52,895 nucleotides of DNA from Acholeplasmataceae bacterium UBA6190. GTDB lineage: Bacteria > Bacillota_I > Bacilli_A > Acholeplasmatales > Acholeplasmataceae. The notes beneath the pieces are model-generated. The model searched no databases. It was given only the letters and a program-made list of their open reading frames with translations, and was not told the DNA's origin. Both the position numbers and the translations under genes were made by a program. The DNA lies in NCBI GenBank assembly GCA_002422045.1, contig DITG01000051.1, positions 4,890 to 57,784 on the forward strand. Reading direction: 5' to 3'. Positions 18,403 to 26,798 of this stretch are shown here, one piece after another. The stretch's first letter is position 1. Each line of letters starts with the position of its first letter.

Positions 18403-19935
18403 ATGAAGATTGAATTTAAGATGATTTATACATCGGACACACATGGTAGAGTCACAGCCTATGATTTTATGAAGAAATCGTATGGTCCTTTTGGTTTGTC
18501 GAGATTGAATCAATATTTGAATGAGATGAAGGAACCATATCTACTGATCGACAATGGAGATTTTCTTCAAGGGTCACCATTACTCGATGTGACAAGAAAA
18601 GAAAAAATCAGTCAACCGGTTGCGAAAGTGTTCAACCAGATGGGTTATCAGTATGTGACCGTGGGTAATCATGATTTTAATTTTGGACTGGACTACTTGA
18701 ATCAGTTCGAATCACAATTCAAAGGTGAGATCTTATGTGCCAATCTCTTTCGTGATGGGAAACCCTATTTCAAGACGCATGCGATCCACGAAATCAAAGG
18801 TATCAAAATAGCATTGATCGGACTGGTCACTGAGTATATTCCAATTTGGGAACGTCAAGAAAATATCCCTGCGTTAGAATTCAAGGATGTTGTTGAGGTT
18901 ACAAGAAACCTAATCCAGACACACGAACTCAAAACAAATGCGGATCTGATTGTTGTGATGTATCACGGTGGTTATGAACAAAATCCCTCGACGCATGAAC
19001 CCTATGGACAAAAAACCGTAGAAAACAAAGGATACCAACTCTTTGAAATCCCAGAAATTGATATTTTACTCACAGGGCATCAGCATGTGCCGCAAATACA
19101 TACCAGAAATCATCGACTCACCATGCAAACCAGTCATAATGCAAGCAATGCAGGTGTTGTTCATATCGAGATGGAAAAAGATCAAGGAAGATACCGATTG
19201 ATCAATATCCAACCTGAATTGATCAGTCTAGGAGCATATCCAGTTGATTTGTCCATTGAATCTGTCGTTCAAGATGAAATCAAAAGAACTGAAACGTACT
19301 TGAGCAAGTTTGTTGGAACACTTGAAACGGATATGACTATCCATTCACCATTATCTGCCAGAGTCAAGAAACATCCACTGTTTCAATTGATCAATCACAT
19401 TCAAATGGAATATACGGGTGCACAAATCTCCTGTTCATCTTTACCCAATGATACGCATGGATTACCGACATCGGTGACGCTGAATGATATCTTTGTCAGT
19501 TTTCCATTTGAAAATGATTTGGTTGTCTTGGAAGTCACCGGAAAACAGGTGATGGAAGCACTCGAACTGAATGCAACCTATTTTGATATCAATGGTGATG
19601 AAATTGTTGTGAACCGGAAATTCCTGCATCCTAAGGTCGAACATTACAATTACGATGTGTATGATGGGATTGATTATGAGATTCATGTTGGAAAACCCAT
19701 AGGAAGTCGTGTTCAACATGTGCTCATCAACAATCAGCACATGGATCTTCATAAAACATACACACTGGCACTGAATTCATACCGTTCAACAGGATCTGGT
19801 GGATTTGATATGTTCAAGGAAGCAACAATCATCAAGCAATATCCAGTTTCATATGTGGAGTTGATTAGTCAATATATCGAAAAACATCCTAACCTGAAAC
19901 TTGATGTCATGAATAATGTGCATGTGATTAAGTGA
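18403..19935 (+). CDS. Bifunctional metallophosphoesterase/5'-nucleotidase (CpdB/YfkN-like), no signal peptide
   Basis: TSDTHG, DNGDFLQG, GNHDFN, YHGG, GHQH and C-terminal YNYD...NSYR.TGSGGF. Confidence 0.92.
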   Translation: MKIEFKMIYTSDTHGRVTAYDFMKKSYGPFGLSRLNQYLNEMKEPYLLIDNGDFLQGSPLLDVTRKEKISQPVAKVFNQMGYQYVTVGNHDFNFGLDYLNQFESQFKGEILCANLFRDGKPYFKTHAIHEIKGIKIALIGLVTEYIPIWERQENIPALEFKDVVEVTRNLIQTHELKTNADLIVVMYHGGYEQNPSTHEPYGQKTVENKGYQLFEIPEIDILLTGHQHVPQIHTRNHRLTMQTSHNASNAGVVHIEMEKDQGRYRLINIQPELISLGAYPVDLSIESVVQDEIKRTETYLSKFVGTLETDMTIHSPLSARVKKHPLFQLINHIQMEYTGAQISCSSLPNDTHGLPTSVTLNDIFVSFPFENDLVVLEVTGKQVMEALELNATYFDINGDEIVVNRKFLHPKVEHYNYDVYDGIDYEIHVGKPIGSRVQHVLINNQHMDLHKTYTLALNSYRSTGSGGFDMFKEATIIKQYPVSYVELISQYIEKHPNLKLDVMNNVHVIK

Positions 19936-19941
19936 TCAACG

Positions 19942-19973
19942 AAAAGGACTTTCTTGAGCAAAGTCCTTTTTTT
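19942..19973 (+). terminator. Intrinsic terminator
   Basis: AAAAGGACTTT-7 nt-AAAGTCCTTTTTTT. Confidence 0.8.
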
Positions 19974-20085
19974 GATGATTTTCATTGATTTGATGAAAAT
20001 AGGAATATAATAATATATAAATCACACATTGCATGATATGTAAAAAGAATGGTCATTCATCACTGTTCTTGAATGGAGGGGTATC

Positions 20086-21579
20086 ATGAAAAAATGGATT
20101 GCTTTATACGCTTTGTCGGGGATAATCATTATCCTTTTTAATCTTTTCCCACGTTATAACATCAAGAAGATGGAGCATGAGTCGAGAGGTGATGTTTTCA
20201 CCAATGTCGCATCAGTGATGAATGAGCCTTATTTTGAAAACTATGATATGAAACACTTGGAACAAGGCTACACATTGATTGCTTATGACAATGGCAATCT
20301 GAATTGTTATTGGGTCAATGAAATCTGTAATTCAGCCTATGAACGTGCGAGTTCACAAATCACTTTATATGATCAACACATGGAAGTCATCTGGAATATT
20401 GGCGGATATTTAACGAATGAGACAGACATTCTATTTCAAAATCACCACATCAATGTCCGAGCTGTTGATCAACTCAACGATGGCAGTTTTGTAGCTTTTG
20501 GTAGAAGCGTTGATCTTTCGACTGAGATTTTGCGCGATGTGCTATTATTCATCGATCCATCGGGTGTCATGACGAACCTCAAGGTCATTGACTTGTTGTC
20601 CTATGGATACTTAAGTCTTGGCGGACACTTGTTTTACGATGTTGTAGCTACGGATGATGGTGGATTCACACTCAAATTTACAGATTTGTTCAAAGGTACC
20701 GTACTCATCCATTTTGATGCGAATGCTGAAGAAACATGGTTTGTCAGAATGGATGATGTTCATCCGAGCACAGTATATCAGGGCATTTATCATGCAAACT
20801 ATCTTGAAACGTTAAGATATGCAGATGGACTTGCTATCGTCTTGATCAATGACACAGTGCATGCATATAACGATGAAGGTGTATTGATATATAAAGTTGA
20901 TGTCGATGCATATATTACAGGTTTTTCACTGGATTCGTCTTCTAATGTGATCATCACATATATGATGCAGGATCAAGTGATCAAACCGAGAAATCTATTC
21001 ATGATTTCTGATGAACAATGGTTAATTTCATCGATTGTTACCGAAAAACTGGATGGTAAGTCAGGTCAGAGCTTATGGAAAAGCCGCTATCAATCAAAAA
21101 TGCAAGGAAATGTCTCATATTGTAGTTTAATGGCATGGCAAGATGAAGATCAGTATTACTATAATCTGGTGTATCAGCAGTCATTCTCAAGAGTACGAGA
21201 GTATCAATTGTTTCTATTTAAGTACAATCGCCAAGGACAGTTTCTCGCATCCAATGTCATTGACGGCAGCTACGCGACTTGGGATGACTATTATACAATG
21301 TATGACATCCATTTCAAAAAAAGTGTCATCATTGAAAACAAAACCATTCATCTATTGACACCTACGTTAACGAACAATGCATCATATGAAATCAACGATG
21401 CTCATATCCTACAACCAATGCCTATAACATTTTCGCTCAATCTTTATGAAATAGTCATTCGGTTGCGTACAGAGATCAATACGATATTTTCACTCATTAC
21501 GATCTCAGGCATGTGTTGGATAGGACTGCTTGGATGGAGAAGATATCAAAAGAATAATCCACCACTCGATGATATATAG
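20086..21579 (+). CDS. Hypothetical protein with N- and C-terminal TM segments and a beta-rich extracellular region
   Basis: Long ORF with RBS GGAGG; D..G...W-type repeats suggest a beta-propeller. Confidence 0.65.
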   Translation: MKKWIALYALSGIIIILFNLFPRYNIKKMEHESRGDVFTNVASVMNEPYFENYDMKHLEQGYTLIAYDNGNLNCYWVNEICNSAYERASSQITLYDQHMEVIWNIGGYLTNETDILFQNHHINVRAVDQLNDGSFVAFGRSVDLSTEILRDVLLFIDPSGVMTNLKVIDLLSYGYLSLGGHLFYDVVATDDGGFTLKFTDLFKGTVLIHFDANAEETWFVRMDDVHPSTVYQGIYHANYLETLRYADGLAIVLINDTVHAYNDEGVLIYKVDVDAYITGFSLDSSSNVIITYMMQDQVIKPRNLFMISDEQWLISSIVTEKLDGKSGQSLWKSRYQSKMQGNVSYCSLMAWQDEDQYYYNLVYQQSFSRVREYQLFLFKYNRQGQFLASNVIDGSYATWDDYYTMYDIHFKKSVIIENKTIHLLTPTLTNNASYEINDAHILQPMPITFSLNLYEIVIRLRTEINTIFSLITISGMCWIGLLGWRRYQKNNPPLDDI

Positions 21580-21871
21580 ACATTTCGATACATGTTGAAT
21601 CATGAAGAAGATTAACACCTGATGTAACCACTAGATTGATTCATATGAGTCATTTAAGATGATCAAAAAAATAATATGAATAACTGATTTCAAAAGCAGA
21701 TGATTATGTTACAATTTATCTATCAAACATTCTAGTTGCATGAAAGAATGTATCGAAAACTCGGGGGGGATATCGTGATGAGCAGTGACCAAATGTTGAG
21801 TATCATTTTGTTCAAAAAACACATGATATTAAATCATTGTAAGTTGAATGACAGAAAACAGGTAATCAGAC

Positions 21872-23827
21872 ATGAACAACTTTAGTCGGTATCTCAATAT
21901 CATCATCGTTGTCTTTAGTGTTATTTTTTACTTTGTCCTTGAATTTGGAGCATCCATCAACACATCTGTCACAATCGATCGCTATGATGCAGAAGTCACG
22001 TTTGACCGTCAAGGTGACATGACTGTCGTTGAACGATGGGAAATGGACTACCATGACAACATGCGCGTCAGATTCAGAGATATCAAATATGTCAAATATG
22101 CCCCCAATTATCCACTTGTCTATGATGATGATAACAGAGCTCAATTTGTCAGCGATAGTGTCGATGTCAAGTTTTATAAAAATGGGGTCAATCAGACATC
22201 GTTCATACGGGTAGGTTTATCATCTAGAGGTGAATACGATGAATTGGGTTATCTGATTCAATGTCCAGATCACACTTCTGAATGTGAATCAATATTTGTC
22301 GATACCAATACTGCGGGCAGACTCGATGGCAAAGTCACGTTTGTTTATACGTATACCATCAATGGCGTTATCACAAAATATTCAGATATTTCTGAATTCA
22401 ACTGGAGATTGTTTGAATACGCAGAAGGCACCATCAGAGACGCGAGCATTACGGTCAATTTGCCAGACAACAGTTTGGATACGACTAGATTTTATGCGTG
22501 GGGTCACGGATTATCTCAAGGCAACATCGAGATTCAGGATAACCGTACCATCGAAGTCACCATGAAAAATATCAAGAACGGCGAGTTTCCAGAATTGAGA
22601 GTGCTGATGCCAAATTCAGTATTCCCTGACATCAGAGAAAACAATATCGTGATTCATCCAGATATGAATTTTGATCGTCTGTACACTTATGAACATGACT
22701 TGGCAGAAGCGTTCAATAGAAGAATCTTCATTGCGAAAGTCATATTTTACGGATCTTTTGGTTTGATAGCATTGATGGGATTCGTGACTTACAAAGTCTA
22801 CCTGAAGCTTGATAAAGAATATGAACCCGAGTTTCAAGGAGATTTCTATCGGGAACTTCCAAACGAAGCGACACCTGCAGAAGTATCGTATCTCTACTAC
22901 ATGAAGTCGATTCATGATGAAGTCTTTACAGCAACACTTCTTGATCTGATCAGGCGGGGATATATCAAGATCAATGATGATTTCACGAATGCATCCAGCC
23001 CACAATCCGACATCAAATTCATAAGAGCCAAAAATGAAAAAGAACATGAGTTATTGGCACATGAAAAAGTGTTGTTGAATATGATATTTGATATGATTGG
23101 TAGTCGAACTGAAACCTCAACCAAGCGCATCGAACAATTCACTTCAAGTTACACCAATGCCAAAGCATTTGAAAACAAAACCAACGAATTTGTCAGAGAG
23201 GCGAAAAAAGTATCGGAAAAACAACACTATTTCGAATCCCTGCATCATGAGAAATCAACCATTCGAAAGTTGGCATGGATCCCATTTGGTTATCTTGGTC
23301 TTTCAGCGCTTTTATGGATGTTTCAAGCAATCGATACATTGTTTGCGATGGGTATCTCTGTTTTGATTGGCATCACATATCTCATTTATATTCATCGCTT
23401 CCAGAGAAGATCCAAATCGGGTAATGAACTTTATGCGAAATGGAAAGCATTCAGAAACTTTCTGTTGAATTTCTCGAGCATGGAAGATTATCCTATTCCC
23501 AGTATCATCGTTTGGGAGCATTACTTAGTGTATGCAACAGTTTTCAAGCAAGCAGACTTGGTGATGGAACAACTCAGAGTCAAACTGCCTAAAGAGGCAT
23601 TTGAACAAAGCGGATCGACGTATTTGGGTTATGGATATCGACGTTATGGCATGAGTCATTATTATATACACAGATCATTGACACAATCGTATCAAGGTGC
23701 AAAGACAAATGCAGCGCAATCGATTGCCAGACACAACCAGGCTCAAGCGAGCAGTGGAGGACGTGGCGGTGGATTTGGTGGTGGAAGTTCATTTGGTGGT
23801 GGAGGCGGAGGCGGCAGAAGCCGTTGA
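21872..23827 (+). CDS. DUF2207 (YciQ-like) membrane protein
   Basis: FYRELP..TPAEV, ATLLDL..RGYI, W.AF..FL..FS, WEHYLVYA and a Gly-rich C-terminus. Confidence 0.88.
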   Translation: MNNFSRYLNIIIVVFSVIFYFVLEFGASINTSVTIDRYDAEVTFDRQGDMTVVERWEMDYHDNMRVRFRDIKYVKYAPNYPLVYDDDNRAQFVSDSVDVKFYKNGVNQTSFIRVGLSSRGEYDELGYLIQCPDHTSECESIFVDTNTAGRLDGKVTFVYTYTINGVITKYSDISEFNWRLFEYAEGTIRDASITVNLPDNSLDTTRFYAWGHGLSQGNIEIQDNRTIEVTMKNIKNGEFPELRVLMPNSVFPDIRENNIVIHPDMNFDRLYTYEHDLAEAFNRRIFIAKVIFYGSFGLIALMGFVTYKVYLKLDKEYEPEFQGDFYRELPNEATPAEVSYLYYMKSIHDEVFTATLLDLIRRGYIKINDDFTNASSPQSDIKFIRAKNEKEHELLAHEKVLLNMIFDMIGSRTETSTKRIEQFTSSYTNAKAFENKTNEFVREAKKVSEKQHYFESLHHEKSTIRKLAWIPFGYLGLSALLWMFQAIDTLFAMGISVLIGITYLIYIHRFQRRSKSGNELYAKWKAFRNFLLNFSSMEDYPIPSIIVWEHYLVYATVFKQADLVMEQLRVKLPKEAFEQSGSTYLGYGYRRYGMSHYYIHRSLTQSYQGAKTNAAQSIARHNQAQASSGGRGGGFGGGSSFGGGGGGGRSR

Positions 23828-23861
23828 CGATCAAAATATAAACTTAAAGGAGAAATAATAT

Positions 23862-24452
23862 ATGTGGATCATTGGTTTAAGCACTGGAGCGATTACGCTC
23901 ATTGTTGTTGTCGTTGTTTTGGCATTCATTGCCTTGTTTCTGATTAAGCAGTATAATGCACTGGTTGTTTTAAGAAACAAAGTCAGAAACAGTTTTTCTC
24001 AGATTGACGTTCAACTGAAAAGAAGATTTGACATGATACCTAATTTGGTTGAAACCGTCAAAGGATATGCCAAGCACGAAGAAAGCATATTTGGCGAGTT
24101 TGCAAGAGCTCGTGGATTGTTTGCTCAAGCATCCAAAACAGGTGATGTCCATCAGATGGCAGAGGCTGATAAGGGCTTTACAGGTGCATTATCACGTTTG
24201 ATGGTGGTTTCTGAACAATATCCTGATTTAAAAGCAAATACCAACTTTATTGAATTGATGGACCAACTTAAAGATACGGAAAACAAGATTGCATTTTCCC
24301 GTCAGTTTTATAATGACACCGTCATGAAGTATAATAACGTCATCGAACTATTTCCATCCAATATCGTTGCTGGCATGTTCAATTTTAAAGCTGCTGAATT
24401 CTTCGAAGTGACCAAGTCAGAAGAAAGAGAAGCAGTGAAGGTACAGTTTTAA
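23862..24452 (+). CDS. lemA: LemA family protein
   Basis: YN.LV.LRN, QIDVQLKRRFDMIPNLVETVKGY, YPDLKAN, ENKIAFSRQFYND and FPSNIVA. Confidence 0.95.
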   Translation: MWIIGLSTGAITLIVVVVVLAFIALFLIKQYNALVVLRNKVRNSFSQIDVQLKRRFDMIPNLVETVKGYAKHEESIFGEFARARGLFAQASKTGDVHQMAEADKGFTGALSRLMVVSEQYPDLKANTNFIELMDQLKDTENKIAFSRQFYNDTVMKYNNVIELFPSNIVAGMFNFKAAEFFEVTKSEEREAVKVQF

Positions 24453-24988
24453 TGAATGACAAAATAAAGCCACTCTGTGAACGAGAAAAAGAAATCAAGC
24501 GCATCGAGTATCGAAAAAAAGCGAGTGAAAAACGAGATGAAATGATAGTTCCAATTGAGATTCGAATGCTAGCTGGATTGCCCTATGTCATTCTTCTGAT
24601 TTACATTTTGCTTTATTCCTTATATGTACAAGAATACGCACCTATGATCTCAATCCTTCTGAGGATATCGTTGGTTTTCGTCATCTTCTTACATACATTC
24701 ATTAGGTATTTATTTAAAGGTGTGGGCATCGTGCCTTACCTGTTTGGTATGTCTTACGTGGACCGTGAAACAGGATATCTAGTCGATAGAAGTCAAATGT
24801 GGGAACTCATCAAGAAGGAGTACTATTACCGCTTGACATTGACGAGTTTTAAACACTTGTTCGATTTACTTGAGGGTCCTTTTTATCGAACGATCGCCAT
24901 GAAGGAATATGATTATGTCGTCGCATATCGAAAACAAGCATACATTCTCAGATACTATTTAGACACGATCAAAAAAGAGTTATCCTGA
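24452..24988 (+). CDS. Hypothetical membrane protein
   Basis: TAATG overlap with lemA; 2-3 TM segments. Confidence 0.65.
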   Translation: MNDKIKPLCEREKEIKRIEYRKKASEKRDEMIVPIEIRMLAGLPYVILLIYILLYSLYVQEYAPMISILLRISLVFVIFLHTFIRYLFKGVGIVPYLFGMSYVDRETGYLVDRSQMWELIKKEYYYRLTLTSFKHLFDLLEGPFYRTIAMKEYDYVVAYRKQAYILRYYLDTIKKELS

Positions 24989-25021
24989 ATTGATTAGGCA
25001 ACCACTCGACTAAAAACATAC

Positions 25022-25053
25022 AAAAACTTGATCTCTTTGGTCAAGTTTTTTTT
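25022..25053 (+). terminator. Intrinsic terminator
   Basis: AAAAACTTGA-9 nt-TCAAGTTTTTTTT. Confidence 0.75.
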
Positions 25054-25138
25054 GTTAAGCAAATTGATTGTAAATATTTGTTTATTTTGTCATAATAATA
25101 ATACTTTATTATATAAATAGGGAACGCAGGTTTGGCAT

Positions 25139-26299
25139 TTGAATTCAAAACGTTTTAAATGGGTTATCATTTCAATCATCTCATTCACTTTCCTCTTCAA
25201 CATGGGAATTTCTTTTGCTTATTGGGCTTCCTCAATTCAAAGTGACGCCGATACAGGCATAGGTACACTCTCAATTGGCACATGGGATATGCTCCCTCCG
25301 GGATATGTCGGAGTATCCCAAGATGGAATAGGATCTTTCATCACACTCGATGAAATCGGAACGACAAACTATCCGTTAACTGGGAATTACATTTTGGTTT
25401 CAAACATCAACTGGAACAATGCCGCATTCACACCCATTGGCGGAGCAAGTGGTACATTCAGTGGTATATTTCTTGGCAATGGCTATGTCATTTCCAATAT
25501 CAACATCACAACCGTTCAATCACATGTAGGATTATTTGCACGAAACTCAGGGACGATTACTGGTCTCAGTTTGACGGGTTTAACACTTTCTGTCTCAACA
25601 GCCGTGGATACATTTGCAGGTGGCATCGTGGGTGCTAACACAGGCACGATCACGAAGTCCTATGTGACAGGTACACTCACAGTATCGTCTACCATTGAAA
25701 GTTCAGTCAATCCTGCGTTCAATTACGTGTATGCTGGAGGTATAGCAGGTACCAACTCAGGCACGATTTCAGATAGTCATGCCGGTGTGAATGTCTCAGC
25801 ATCTCTTTCAGTGAATGTTCAAGGGGGTAACAGACAATCGAATGCACTGACCTATGCTGGTGGTCTGGTGGGCAGAAATACCGTCTTTGAAGGTGTCATG
25901 CGCACGTATGCAACAGGTACTGTCAGCTCTAGCGCAACCGCGACTGCAAATGGTAACTCCACAGGAAATGCAACAGCCTATTCAGGAGGACTTGTCGGAC
26001 ACAGCACTGTTAGTGGTGGTGTCAAGTTCGGATTTGCTACAGGGAATGTCACTTATGTCACAGCAGGTAAAACCACCAATACGCGTTTCGTTGGAGGTTT
26101 GAATGGTTTAGGGGATGCAACCAACGGTTATCGTTTATCCACTCAGACAGTCACAGGCGCAACCAATTCAATTGGATCATCAGCTACTGAAGCAAACCTG
26201 AAATCAGAGGCATTTGTCACAGCAAACCTTTCATTCAATACCAATGATTGGTCATTTGATGGAACGAACTATCCAAGAATCATTGGCAACAGCTACTAA
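25139..26299 (+). CDS. Exported GLUG-repeat protein
   Basis: Signal ending SFAYW; FTPIG..FSG.F.GNGY.ISN; repeated GG(I/L)(V/A)G.N motifs; C-terminal W....NYP. Confidence 0.78.
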   Translation: MNSKRFKWVIISIISFTFLFNMGISFAYWASSIQSDADTGIGTLSIGTWDMLPPGYVGVSQDGIGSFITLDEIGTTNYPLTGNYILVSNINWNNAAFTPIGGASGTFSGIFLGNGYVISNINITTVQSHVGLFARNSGTITGLSLTGLTLSVSTAVDTFAGGIVGANTGTITKSYVTGTLTVSSTIESSVNPAFNYVYAGGIAGTNSGTISDSHAGVNVSASLSVNVQGGNRQSNALTYAGGLVGRNTVFEGVMRTYATGTVSSSATATANGNSTGNATAYSGGLVGHSTVSGGVKFGFATGNVTYVTAGKTTNTRFVGGLNGLGDATNGYRLSTQTVTGATNSIGSSATEANLKSEAFVTANLSFNTNDWSFDGTNYPRIIGNSY

Positions 26300-26303
26300 A
26301 TCC

Positions 26304-26366
26304 AAGAGGAACATTTGTTTCCTCTTTTTCATAAAAAAAGTCGACGCCTGTTGAGCGTTGACTTTT
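26304..26366. terminator. Two back-to-back terminators (GLUG gene and TerY-P operon)
   Basis: AAGAGGAA..TTCCTCTTTTT, then A7-GTCGACGC..GCGTTGACTTTT. Confidence 0.7.
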
Positions 26367-26370
26367 CATT

Positions 26371-26607
26371 TTAGTGTTTGATTTTAAACAACTTTCTTTT
26401 GATGATTTTCAGTTGAAGTCCGAATTTCTCACCCATTTTTTTCTTGAATGATTTTAGATAATCATGAAGCAATATCCATAAGAGATAAAACAACAACAGG
26501 AAGTGAATGATTCTGATCACAATCGCCATCACATCCGTATAGATTCGACTATCAAAAGCCAAAAGTAAAATGAATCCTGCAAGCAATAAGTTTCCGATGT
26601 TTTTCAT
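26371..26607 (-). CDS. Small 2-TM protein with basic C-terminal tail
   Basis: ATGA overlap with the upstream small gene; ends just before the terminator. Confidence 0.65.
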   Translation of the reverse strand: MKNIGNLLLAGFILLLAFDSRIYTDVMAIVIRIIHFLLLFYLLWILLHDYLKSFKKKMGEKFGLQLKIIKRKLFKIKH

Positions 26608-26798
26608 AAGAATAAGAACCCCAGAAACAAGAAGATGAATACATAATAGAAATTGACCTTAATCGTTTTCTTAATGACTTGTTTGAACTCTTGAGGAATG
26701 ACTTGACGTCTTGATTTTTTGATGAACAAGATGATCATCCACACGACATTGATGATGCCCCAAGCCAGTGCTAGGTAAAGCATGATTTGACTGATCAT
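26604..26798 (-). CDS. Small 2-TM protein
   Basis: ATGA overlap with the kinase stop; RBS GGAGG. Confidence 0.7.
   Translation of the reverse strand: MISQIMLYLALAWGIINVVWMIILFIKKSRRQVIPQEFKQVIKKTIKVNFYYVFIFLFLGFLFL

Noticed and set aside
23750..23820. GGT/GGC/GGA-rich repeat
   Set aside because: Encodes the usual Gly-rich tail of DUF2207 proteins; not a CRISPR or VNTR.
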